From positions 74,400,001 through 74,464,000 of the forward strand of contig NC_087436.1 of NCBI RefSeq assembly GCF_036321535.1: 64,000 nucleotides of DNA. The letters are read 5' to 3'. Below, one piece after another: positions 37,101 through 47,944 of this stretch (the first letter of the stretch is position 1; each line of letters begins with the position of its first letter). Source of the stretch: Camelus dromedarius. Lineage: Eukaryota. The translations under genes and the position numbers were made by a program. A model generated the notes under the pieces. That model did not search any database, was not told where the DNA came from, and saw only the letters and a program-made list of their open reading frames with translations.

Positions 37101-38188
37101 ACCCAACATAGGAGCACCTAAATATAGAAAGCAAATATTAACAGACCTAAAGGGAGAAAAAGACAGCAGTACAATAATAGTAGGGGACTTCAATACCCAA
37201 CATTCATCAATGGATAGCTCATCCAGACAGAAAATCATCCAAAAGCAACAGAATGTATAGAATTCATACTGATAAATGCCTACATTAAGAATCAAGAAAG
37301 ATCTCAAACAACCTACTTTTATACCTCCATGAATCAGAAAAAGAACAAACTAAGCTCAAATTATTAGAAGAAAGGAAATAAAATCAGACAGTATAAATGA
37401 AATAGAGACTAAAAAGACAATAGAAAGATCAATGAAACTAAGAGCTGGTGATTTGAAAACAAACAAAATAGACAAGACTTTAGACTCACCAAGAACAAAA
37501 AGAGAAGACTAAAATAAAATTATAAATGAAAAAGGATACATTAAAACTGATACCACAGAAATACAAAGGATCAAGAGACTACCATGAACCATTATATGCT
37601 AACAAATTGCAAAACCTAGAAGAAATGAATACCTTCCTAGAAACATGTAACTTACCAAGACTGGATCATGAAGAAATGGAAAATCTGAGCAGAGCAATTA
37701 CTAGTAAGATTGAATCAGTAATTAAACAAACAAACAAACAAAAACTCCCAATAAACAAAAGACCAGGACCAGATGCCTTCACAAGTGAATTCTGCCAAAC
37801 ATTTAAAGACAAATACCAATCTTTCTCAAACTCTTCCAAAAAAATAGATGAGGAGGGGATACCTCCACACTCAATTTTGTGAGGCCACCATTATCCTGAT
37901 ACCAAAACCAGACAAGGACACTACAGGAAAAGAAAATCACAGGTCAATATCCCTGATGAACGCAGATGCAAATATTCTCAACAAACTATTAGCAAACTGA
38001 ATTCAATAATACATGAAAAGGATCATACATCATGATCAAGTGGGATTTATTCCAGGGATTCAACATCCACAAATCAATGTGATATATCACGTGAACAAAA
38101 TGAAGGATAAAAATCATATGATCTATAGATGCAGAAAAAGCACTTGACATAATCAACAACCATTCATGACTCAATATAATGAAGGTCA
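34127..38188 (+). mobile_element. L1 with intact 5' end: 5'UTR (~34127-35330), decayed ORF1 (35337-~36295), inter-ORF spacer, decayed ORF2 from ATG 36760; 3'-truncated at ~38188
   Basis: ORF1-like MKEKDKTPEKDLHEMEINDLPDKELKIMAIK..LWDNIKRTNIHIVKVPEGE and ..TRLALQEVLK; ORF2 start MVRVSPYLSISTLNVN; RT-proximal RPGPDAFTSEFCQTFK. Many stops and frameshifts. Confidence 0.92.
36055..36228. other. Assembly gap (174 N)
   Basis: N run inside L1 ORF1. Confidence 1.
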
Positions 38189-38320
38189 GGGGGGAGGGTA
38201 GAGCTTATTGGTAGAGTGCATGCTTAGCATGCACGAGGTCCTGGGTTCAACCCCCAGTACCTCCATTAAAAAATATACATAAATAAGTAAACCTAATTAA
38301 ACCTAATTACTCCCCCAAAA
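38189..38320 (+). mobile_element. Camelid tRNA-derived SINE (Vic-1-like), no TSD found
   Basis: GGGGGGAGGGTAGAGCTTATTGGTAGAGTGCATGCTTAGCATGCACGAGGTCCTGGGTTCAACCCCCAGTACC..CCTAATTAC, followed by an A-rich tail. Confidence 0.88.
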
Positions 38321-39847
38321 CCCAAATCAACAGAAAACAAAAACAAACCAAAACAAATGAAAAAAGAAAAGAAAAAACGTTAACTGCTTGTCAAAAATAT
38401 CAACACCTTTTGGAGAAATCTATAGCAGAATAGACAGTTTCCAGGATATAATGTTCACATCATTCAGGTTACAATATAAAACTGCTTGACACAGTCAGAA
38501 ACAGGAATTTGTGACCCAATCTCAAGAGAAGAGACAATCAGCAAAGAACAATCCTGCAATGACTCAGAAGTTGGAATTAACACACACACACACATTATGC
38601 CAGCTACTTTAACTATGCTCAGTGAAGTAAAAGAAAGCGCTCATTAATGAAAGCTCATAATTAACAAAAAGATAGGAAATCTCAGCTGATAAATAAAAAC
38701 TATAAAAAGGAAACATACATAAATGATAAAACTAAAATATAAAACATCTAAAATTTAAAAATATACCGAATGGATTTAAAAGCAAAATAAAGATGATGAA
38801 GGAAACAGTAAACCTGAAAACAGATCAACAGAAATTATCCAATTTGAATGAAAGAAAAAAATAAGGACTTTAATAAATTACAAAGCATCAGGATCTATAA
38901 CTGCAGTCCCTGGACTGTCAATTTTTTAAAAAGCCATAACTGCATAGCCAATTTATAAGTTAAAGTGGAATTTTTAAAATACTCAGAAATAAAAAACAGA
39001 GGAGAGAAAGAGAAAATGTGGTAGCCCTATATGTTACTTACAAATAATTACAATACATTTTAATGCCCTAAATGTTCCAATTTAAAGGTAGAAACTTCAA
39101 AAAAATTATAAAAATCAAGACCCAACTTTATGTTTTCTACAAGACACATTTAAATATATAAAGAAATTAACAATTTAAAAGTAATTAGATGAAAAAAGAG
39201 AAACCATGCAAAAACTAATCATAAAACTAGAGTGACTATATTAATATCAGATAAAATAGACCTCAAGATTAAAAGTATTATCAGAGATAAAGAGGGACAT
39301 TTCATAATAAAAGTGTCAATTCATTAGAAAGATATAATTATAAATACATATGTGTCTAATAGAAGAACATCAAAATATATGAAGCAAAAATAGACAAAAT
39401 TAAAGAGAGAATACAAATCCATAATCACCATCTCTCCATCATCAACTGAAAGAAAAACTAGACAGAAAAAAAATCTCAGTAAGAACATAGGTAATTTGAA
39501 TATTACCAATCACCTTGACCTAACTGCTATTTATACAGCATTACACCTAACAATAGAAGAATACAATTCTTTTCAATTACATATAGTATATACACCAGGA
39601 TAGAATATATATGGCCATAAAGCAAGTTTCAACAAAATTAAAAGGATTAAAACCATACAGATTATGTTCTTTGACAATGGAATTAAATTAGAAATTAATA
39701 ACAGTAAGATAATTATGAATCCCCCCAATATTTGTAAATTAAACAATACACTTTAATATTATATCTTGGTCAAAAAAGAAATCATAAGAAAAATTTAAAA
39801 ATATTTTAGGCTGAATATTAATGAAACACAGTAAAAAATAGTGTGAT

Positions 39848-39966
39848 GGGGGTAAGGTGTAGCTCAGTGGTAGAGTGTGTGCTTAGCGTGCTTAAGGTCC
39901 TGGGTTCAATCCCCAGTACATCCATTTAAAAAAATAAATAACCTAAATACCTTCCCCCAGCCCCCC
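39848..39966 (+). mobile_element. Camelid tRNA-derived SINE (Vic-1-like) nested in L1
   Basis: GGGGGTAAGGTGTAGCTCAGTGGTAGAG..GGTCCTGGGTTCAATCCCCAGTAC. 13-bp TSD AAAATAGTGTGAT at 39835-39847 and 39967-39979. Confidence 0.9.
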
Positions 39967-40745
39967 AAAATAGTGTGATATATTGAAAGAAGTGAATGGG
40001 GAAAACTGATAGTTTTAAACACTTATGTTAGAAAAGAAGAATGGTCTAAAATACTTAAAAATAAATACCTTTTTTTTCCACTTTAAAAAGCTAAAGAAAT
40101 AGCAACGTAAAACAAAAGTAAGGAGAAATAAGGAAATAATAAGGGAAAAGTAGAAATCAACAATAAAGAAAACAGACAAAATCAAGGAAACTAACAATGG
40201 CAAAAGGCAACAAAACTGTTAATGCCCTAGGAATCTGATCCAGAAAAAAGTCAGAATACAAATTACTTATGTCAGGAAAGATCTACAGATCCTATAAATA
40301 TTAAAAGGATAATAAGAGAATATTACGAACAACTTTATGTACCAAAATTTAACAATATAGATGAAATGAACACTTCCTTGAAAAATACAACTCACCCAAA
40401 TATCCACAACTAACATCGTACTTAATGGTGAAATAGTAAGTGTTCCCTCCTAAAACTGGAATCGAGGCAAGGATACCCACTGTAACCACCTCTTAGATCA
40501 TACTGGAGGTCCTAGTCTTTGCCATAAAGCAAAAGTAATAAAAGGTAAACATTTGCAAAGAAAGAAGTAAAATCATCTCTCTTTGCCTGTGACAAAGTTG
40601 TTGACAAAAAAAAGAAAATCCTAAGCAATCTACAAAAAAATGTGAGAACTAATAAGTGTATTTAATGAGGTTTCAGGATACATGGTAAATATACTAAAAT
40701 GATTGTATTCTTATATACTAGCAGCAAACAATTGAAAATTGAACT

Positions 40746-40999
40746 AAAACTAGTAAATAAATAAGTCCTGGAGATCTAAGACACAGTCTAGTGATTATAG
40801 ACAACAATACTGTATTACAAACATCAAACTAGCTGACCTTAATAGTTCACATCACAAAAAAATAATTATGTGATGTGATAGAGGTGTTAGCTAATACTAC
40901 AATGGCAACTGTAACCTAGTATGTAAACGTATAAAATTAACATGATGTAAACCTTAAACTTACAGTGTTACATGTCAATTATCTTTCAAAAAAAAAAAA
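40746..40999 (+). mobile_element. Short 5'-truncated L1MA-type insertion (3'UTR + poly(A)) nested in the older L1
   Basis: L1MA 3'UTR motifs ending in an A-tail. 12-bp TSD GAAAATTGAACT at 40734-40745 and 41000-41011. Confidence 0.85.
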
Positions 41000-41759
41000 G
41001 AAAATTGAACTGGAAATTTAATTGATAATTATAATTTTTAATTGTATTAAAAAACCAAACTAGGAATAAATTTAGCCAAAGACATGCAAGACTTCTACAC
41101 TAATAACTATAAAACATTGTTGAGAGAAATTAAAGAAGTTTAAATAAACGGAGAAATGTCAGTTCTCCCCAGACTGATCATAGATTCAATATAATCCAAT
41201 CATAATCCCAGGAAACATTTTTTTTAATTGACAAACTTGCTTTAAATTTTTTCTGGAAATTCAAAGATACCTAAAGGATACCTAAAGAATTTTGGAAAAT
41301 AACAAATTTGTAGTATTTCCATTATCTGACTCCAAGATTTGCTATAAGACTAGATTAATCAAGCAAGTGTGATCCTGACTTAAGGATCAACAAATAGATC
41401 TATGGAACAAAACAGAGTTCAGAAACAGCAGGCATTTATATGGTCATTTGGAGGGGAAAGTCACCAAAACACGTAAATAGGGGAAAAACTCCTTTCAACA
41501 AATAATGCAATAATAACTAGATGTCCATATAGGAAAAAATGAATCCAGCCCCTTCTTCACCATACACAAAAGTTATTTTTCAATGAATTGCAGGTCTAAA
41601 CACAAAGGCTAAAATCCTAAGTTTTTAGAGGAAAACCTAAGAAAACATCTTTGTGACTTGAGGGTAGGTTGAGTTTTGTCAAATTGGTCACAAAAAGCAA
41701 TAAAGATAAATTTAACTTCATCAAAATTTAAAAGTTCTGCTCATCACATACTATCATTA

Positions 41760-41922
41760 NNNNNNNNNNNNNNNNNNNNNNNNNNNNNNNNNNNNNNNNN
41801 NNNNNNNNNNNNNNNNNNNNNNNNNNNNNNNNNNNNNNNNNNNNNNNNNNNNNNNNNNNNNNNNNNNNNNNNNNNNNNNNNNNNNNNNNNNNNNNNNNNN
41901 NNNNNNNNNNNNNNNNNNNNNN
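41760..41922. other. Assembly gap (163 N)
   Basis: N run inside L1. Confidence 1.
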
Positions 41923-43399
41923 AGAACCTATATACAATCATCATATGAAAAAGTGTTCACCATCATTAAACATCAGAGAAATGCCAATTTAAAGCACCAT
42001 GAGTTATCATTACACACCCATCAGAATAGCTAAAATGAGAAAGACTGACAATTTCAGATGTCTGTATGTGGAGCACAGAACTCTAATACACTGTTAATGG
42101 GAGTGAGAAATGGTACAACCACATTAGGAAAAATACCTGGCAGTTTCTTTTAAAACTGAACATATACTTACCCTTATGACCCAGCAATTCCAATCTTAGG
42201 TATTTACCCATGAGAAATGAAAACACAAAAAGACTTGTAGAAGGAGTTTATAGCAGCATACCCCAAAATTGCAAACAGCCCAGGTATCCACCAATAAGAG
42301 AGCTCACAAACAATTTGGTATGTTCATTCAATGGAATTCTACTCGGTAATAAAAAGATATGAACTACTGATATAAGCAACAATATAAACGATCTCAAAAA
42401 TAATTACACTGTGTGATAGAAGCCTTTCATGTACATGCTGCAAGTCAAATCTCTGGTGGAAAAAAAATTAGAACTGTGATTGTTTCTGGGGCAAACGAGG
42501 GCAGGGCTTGGGTGGGGAAGGAGCACGTAGAAACTTTCTTGGCTGATAGTAATGTTCTATATCTTATAGAGGTTTGAGTTACACAGGTGTCTGCTTGTTA
42601 AAATTTAGTGAATGTACACCTAAGATTTATGCATTTTACTACATGTAAAATCTTCATTAAAAGAAAGAAAACTGTATACATATCAATCTCTGATTTATGA
42701 TATACATTACATGTTGAAGTATTGGAGAGAAAGTATTTGAAATTAGGTGGATTAATGGACAGAGAAACAGATGAATGGGTAGATTATGAAAAAGCAAGTA
42801 TAGGAAAATGTTAATGGTAAAATCTAGGTGGTAAGTAAAGGATAAAATTCTTTCAGCATTGCTGTATATTTGGAAAACTTACAATAAATGTTTGGGACAA
42901 ACTCAGTGCATATACTCTTAAGATTAGTTCATTTTATTATATTTAGTTATTACATCAAAAGAAAAAACTAAGCAAATACTGAATTCTGATTAATAATAGG
43001 TATGCTGAAGAATTTAGGGGGTGTCTGCAATTTTCTTTGAAATGTATCAAAAATTAAAATGGACTGATGGATGAGTAGAGAGAGAGCATTGATAGATTAG
43101 TGATAACACAGGAGGAGTAAAATGTTAGTGGTAGAATCTAGGCTGTGGGTCTATGTGTTTTCAATGTAAAATTCTTTTTGTTGTATGTTTGAAATTTTTC
43201 AAAATAAATTGTTGGGGGGAAAAACTTAGTGAGAGCAAAGGTCCTCTATTACAAAACAAAGAAATTAAAAATAGATATTGGAAACAAACAAACAAAAATC
43301 ACACGTTAGTGGCTTGCGTTTACTTGCTGACTGAGGTGGCCCATCCCTTCCATATCACCTTCCCTGAAAGTTAAATTCCATCCTTAGAGAGTCATTCCT

Positions 43400-43890
43400 T
43401 TAACTTGAATTTAACCCTTGTTAAAATTCAAATAGCTTGATTGTTCCTTATTATCTCTTTTAGCTTTATTTCCTGCTTACCCCCAATCCCCAGCGCTCAG
43501 TGTTACTCTGTTCTCTCCTAAGTGATCAAATCCATTCCATGACACTCGCTGCCAACATGTACCTAGCTCTGAAAGCCAGCACTGCCCTCTGTCTTAAAGC
43601 TCTATCCACACATAACCAGCTGATTCACACTTCAGTACTGGGACTATGCTGCTGCCACCTCAAAGACAGTATTTGAAACCAAAACCAAAACTATCTTCCC
43701 TCCTAAACCCACTTCACTTCCTGTCTCTATTTCTGTTATTAGCACTACCATTCTTCCTAGAGCAGATTTACCTCCCTGACTCATTCATTCATTTATTCAA
43801 CAAATAATTTTTAAGGTTTACTTTGAAATGCTTTTGTTAGAAGGTGTTGAACAAAACAGATATGATCCCTGCTCTTGTATTACCATCTAG
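43400..43890. mobile_element. L2 remnants (plus-strand piece ~43400-43770, minus-strand piece ~43780-43890)
   Basis: AAACCAAAACTATCTTCCCTCCTAAACCC.. and CATTCATTCATTTATTCAACAAATAATT..AACAAAACAGATATGATCCCTGCTC. Confidence 0.55.
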
Positions 43891-45908
43891 TTAGTTGTTC
43901 CTTCTCTCTTCCCTTTCCAAGTTGAATGAATAGATAAGTAATATTCATTTTATCTTGATGACTTCTAGGCGCACTCCACTCCCCCACTATCACCCTGAGC
44001 TGTGCCAGGGCTCCAGGGGGCTTTGGCAGTGCAGAGCCATGAAGGAAGGAGGAAGGAGGAAGGCACCATCAATTAACAGTCACCTAGGTTACCCTGGCTC
44101 TCCATCCATCACTCCTATTTGCAGGGCTCCTTCAGGCCCAGTGGCTTGATGGTTCTGTGCCCTGCTTCTGATGCTTCTGGAGCTTTAAGACAGAGGTCAG
44201 TACTGGGTGTGGGAGCCAGATGCATGTTGGTAGTGAGTGTCACGGAATGAATTCGATCACTTAGGAGAGAAAAGAAAAACACGGAGCACTGGGGATTGTG
44301 GACGTGCAGGAAACAGAGCCAAAGGAGGTAATAAGGAGCAACCTAGCTAACTGAAATTCAACAAGGGTCAAATTTAAGTTAAAGGAATGACTCTCTAAGG
44401 ATGGAATTTAACTCTCAGGGAAGGTGGAATGGAAGGGAATGGGCCACCTTAGTCAGCAAGTAAACATAAGCATTCAAGTCTTTTCTGAGGCAGCCTCTGT
44501 TCCCAGTTTATAAATCCCAGTTTACCTGGGACAATCCTGGTTTATGCTTACTGCCCCAGTGTAATTATCAATAGTGCGCCCTTCGCTGTCAAATGTGTCC
44601 TAGTTTAAATAAATTAGAATAAGGTGGTTACTCTTCTAAAGGACACACAGCCATTTCTAATCTGAGCACTTACTACTTCTTAACATGAGCCAGCAGGTCA
44701 GCAGAGCCACTCTGTTTCCAGAATCTCTTTCTAATCGAAGGGGTTAGGAAGCAATACTCCTCTGCTCTTCTGAAAATCCAGACTTTTTGACATAAAAGCC
44801 AAAAAGAGCTACAGCCTCCTTCTAGTTTCCCCAGTCAGCCATATCCCTTGTCTTGGATGTGGGGAAGGAAAAGAACATACAGAAAGAAAAAAAAAAAGTC
44901 CTGATTTATGATCTCAAAATGTTATCCCAGAGTTAGAAATCAGTTATTTGTATATGTGCTTTATTTTCTCTAATGACTAAAAGCTCTTTATAGACAAAAA
45001 TTTGTCTTACTTTTTTTTTAAATCAGTACTCCTCCCCTTTCCCATATAGGAATCAAGGCCTTGAAATTTTTGAAACATATAGCAAAAAATAAATAATTTT
45101 ACAGTGAAAACACATATGCTCGCTACCTAGATTTTACTGCTAGCATTTTACTATTCTTGCTTTCTCATGAATTAATCCATTCTATCCATCTACTTATCTT
45201 GCTGGGTAGCCTCATTGAATACTGGTTGAAGATGAAATGCTATTAGCTTAGCATGAACCTTAGTATGAGCGAGTTACAGTTCTTTTTCCAAGTACAGATT
45301 TCCAAGAAAGCAGTTAAGGATCTTAGAGATAAAGATCTAGTGGGAAAATGTAGACAACTCAGGGGAAGCAAAAACAAACTCCACTCGGTTCTTATTTGTG
45401 CTAGCTCCTTGATCATCCCATGCCTTAGTTTGATCATCTGTAAAATGGGGCTAACATCTCATAGGATTATGCCGAGGATCAGATGACTTCACAAATATAA
45501 AGTATATACATGCACACTTCACATATATATCATACATATATACGTTATATATTTCATAGGCACTTGGTTAGTGGACTCCTCATTCTACTTCCCAGGAGTT
45601 ACTCCAGGTGGGAGTGATAGAGCAGTGAGCAAAACAGACACAGTTGGCCCCTGCCCTCCTCCAGGTGCTTACAAGCTTCCAAAAGAATAATAAACATTAA
45701 ATAATGGTTACCACATTGACTTAACTCCCCTGTGCTTTGACTGCCCTCCGTGAATAGGTCTGAACGTCTACATGAGCACCCGCCACTCCATTCTGTGGTG
45801 TAATCCTCTCCCCACGGCCATCTCCTCCCTGGGCACCGAGACCCCGAATTCCTTGCCTTCGCATCCTCGGTCCCCCAGGCCGTCGCGATGTTCTCGGGGA
45901 CCGCAGGA

Positions 45909-45935
45909 GGGAGGGAGGGAGGGAGGGAGGGAGGG
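45909..45935 (+). repeat. (GGGA)6GGG tandem repeat, G-quadruplex/triplex-capable
   Basis: Seven GGG tracts with 1-nt A loops. Confidence 0.9.
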
Positions 45936-45951
45936 CGGCGGCCCTACTTAC

Positions 45952-46397
45952 CTCTTCGCAGCCTCGGTCTCCCCGCCGCGTCCCCTACACAGTCAGCAGC
46001 CAAGCGTCCGCTTCCTCCCTGACCGCTTCCCCTCTCCTCTCGGCTCCACCCGAAAAATGAAAAGCCGCTAATGAAGATCTCCAACCTCGTTTTCCCTTTT
46101 AACTTGCCGGCCGGTCCTCCCGGCCCCCGCTGCGATCCCCCCGCCAGGTTTGGCACCTCCCCGGGGCGTTGGCATTATCTCAGACAAGAAACAGCCGCGG
46201 TTGATTACGTTTCCTTCTAACAATGAACATCTGCCGCCCGGCGCTCCTTGGAGGAGGAAGGAGCCGTGTGAGGAAACCCCACACCCGGGGCGCCGGGCGC
46301 CGGGAGGACGGAGCCCGGCGGGGCCAAGAGCGGGAGAAGCTGCGCGACTTTCTGCGTCTGTTACCTCCACGGGTTCCACTCGCGGCTCCGGAAAAAG
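45952..46397 (-). ncRNA. Candidate exon of a spliced minus-strand (SHROOM3-antisense) lncRNA
   Basis: Minus-strand acceptor tttttttttgctgttttcacag|C (AG at 46399-46398) and donor GAG|GTAAGT (intron starts 45951), inside the CpG island. No expression data. Confidence 0.4.
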
Positions 46398-47777
46398 CTG
46401 TGAAAACAGCAAAAAAAAATATTCCCGGAGACCAAGGGTTCCCATACGATGTAGACTCTGTCATCGCCCCTTGGCTTCTTAGTGGGGGAGACCACTTGAG
46501 GGGAACTTCTACCCTCCACTTCATCAAGGATGACGCTGGACGCAGGAAAGATTACTCCCTGCTTGTGTGCGTTTGATCACAGTGTACTCAAGTCTTAGAA
46601 GGTGATAGAGGCCTGGGCTACTTCATTTGACGCTCTGAACATATGTTTTGAAATGGAGACATGCCAGAACAGTTACAAAAACTTTAATTGTGGTGTGTTT
46701 TAAAGATCTTTTAATAAACCAAAGCTCTTGACATGCATGCACTAATATAATGACTGCATGTATAGGCTTATCTGGAGATAATGCCAAAAGGCCGTATGTG
46801 AGGCCCTTGATAACCAGGAGGCCACAACCAAATAATGGCCCTTCTGCTCCTCTCCTGCTCCCGTGGGCTCCGGTTCGGTGCTTGCAAATGCCCAGGAATG
46901 GGAGATGAAGTAACTTGCTGGGGGTTAAGCTTGTGGCAGGTCTTAAAGAAACTCTACTTGAAACCAGGTTCATATTGGGATCCAGTTTGGATACTTCACC
47001 TTCTTCATGCCTCATCACCCATCTGTAAGCTGAAAACTGTTGAAAGAAGCTATAAAGAGAGCACAGATAAAAATAGAGTTCTAAAGGAGAAAGATGCCAT
47101 GGGCGTGGGAAGCAGGAATGAATGTATTAGCATTACCCCATGCACCCGAAGAGGTTTCCTTCCTGCCTCTCACTCCCTCCCTTCCTGCCCTCCTTCCTGA
47201 ATTGGAATCAAAATGCTTTAACAGACAGTTGGCAAAGAACACCATTCATCCCAAGCAAGTACTTTTAGTTTTTCCTGTTTGGTATTTATTAAAATCTTGG
47301 ACTCTCATGCCTCATTCACATTTCCATGTGGCTTCTCTTTATATATAGACATAAAACAGCAGCAGCTTGTTGCATATACTTGGGCTGCAAAAGCCTAGCA
47401 TTGTGTTCTTCTACTGGGGACTGGGGGGAGACGCCCAAGAGCATGTGTTCATTCACTAGCAAGAGCCCTAAACAGCTTACAATCAAATTAATTTGGCGCT
47501 GCAAGTCAAAAATACTTGGGAAATATTAATTAAATCTGTGACAAAAAAATCACTTTTATTTTTAGATTTCTGAGAAATGCCACGCTTACGCTCTACACCC
47601 TTGCTACTAGAAAAGAAAAGGAGAGGGGGGAAAAATGCATTCTCTCTTTTAGTCTATCCTTCCGCCCTCTCCTGCAACCCCTCCGCCGTGAATCGCATGC
47701 AAAGGAAAGGATCGCGATTGCGTATCTTTCCCTCTGTGACTTTCAGCTGTGTGAACTGCATTTCGGGCGACACTTAC

Positions 47778-47944
47778 CTGTCATTTAACCTGCCTGGATG
47801 GATGAGCTCATTAGCGGGCCGCCCCGGGGACCATGTCTATTGGCGGTTCTCCCAGACGCTAGCTCTCTTTCCCCGCCCAACAGCCTTCCCTGTGTGGGGG
47901 AGCCTTCCCTCCCCTTGTACATCCTTCCCCTTCAGGAGGAGAGC
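47778..47944 (-). ncRNA. Candidate upstream exon / promoter-proximal exon of the same minus-strand transcript
   Basis: Perfect donor CAG|GTAAGT (intron starts 47777); possible acceptor ccctgccctttctag|G at 47945; GC boxes and a CCAAT box lie inside. Confidence 0.35.

Larger units (their letters stand above)
38390..43220 (+). mobile_element. Old, highly decayed L1M (L1MC/ME-type) element with nested insertions
   Basis: A-rich sense-strand L1 from an ORF1-like region through ORF2 remnants (TTAATATCAGATAAAATAGACCTCAAGA, AGAGGGACATTTCATAAT, CAAGACTTCTACAC) to an L1ME-like 3' end with internally repeated blocks (42790-42900 vs 43100-43220). Confidence 0.8.
45775..46420. promoter_or_regulatory. 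CpG island-like GC-rich block (orphan promoter candidate)
   Basis: Dense CpG dinucleotides (e.g. GGCCGTCGCG, CCGCCGCGTCC, CCGGGGCGCCGGGCGCCGGG, GCTGCGCGAC) against CpG-poor flanks. Judged by eye; no ratio computed. Confidence 0.8.

Noticed and set aside
35337-37882. L1 ORF1/ORF2 fragments (145 aa, 118 aa) as functional or domesticated genes
   Set aside because: Multiple stops, frameshifts, an internal deletion and 3' truncation.
38189-38262. tRNA gene calls at the SINE heads (also at 565, 4840, 39848, 52536)
   Set aside because: The tRNA-like A/B boxes are followed by the SINE-specific AT-rich/CCTAATTACC tail and mostly flanked by TSDs; these are SINEs, not tRNA genes.
42790-43220. Repeated block (AAATGTTAATGGTAAAATCTAGG / AAATGTTAGTGGTAGAATCTAGG)
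   Set aside because: Consistent with the internally repetitive 3' ends of old L1ME-type elements rather than a separate system.
45772-46576. Overlapping 70-125 aa ORFs on both strands of the CpG island as an unspliced protein-coding gene
   Set aside because: Expected in GC-rich DNA; no dominant frame, no homology recognised, several non-ATG starts.
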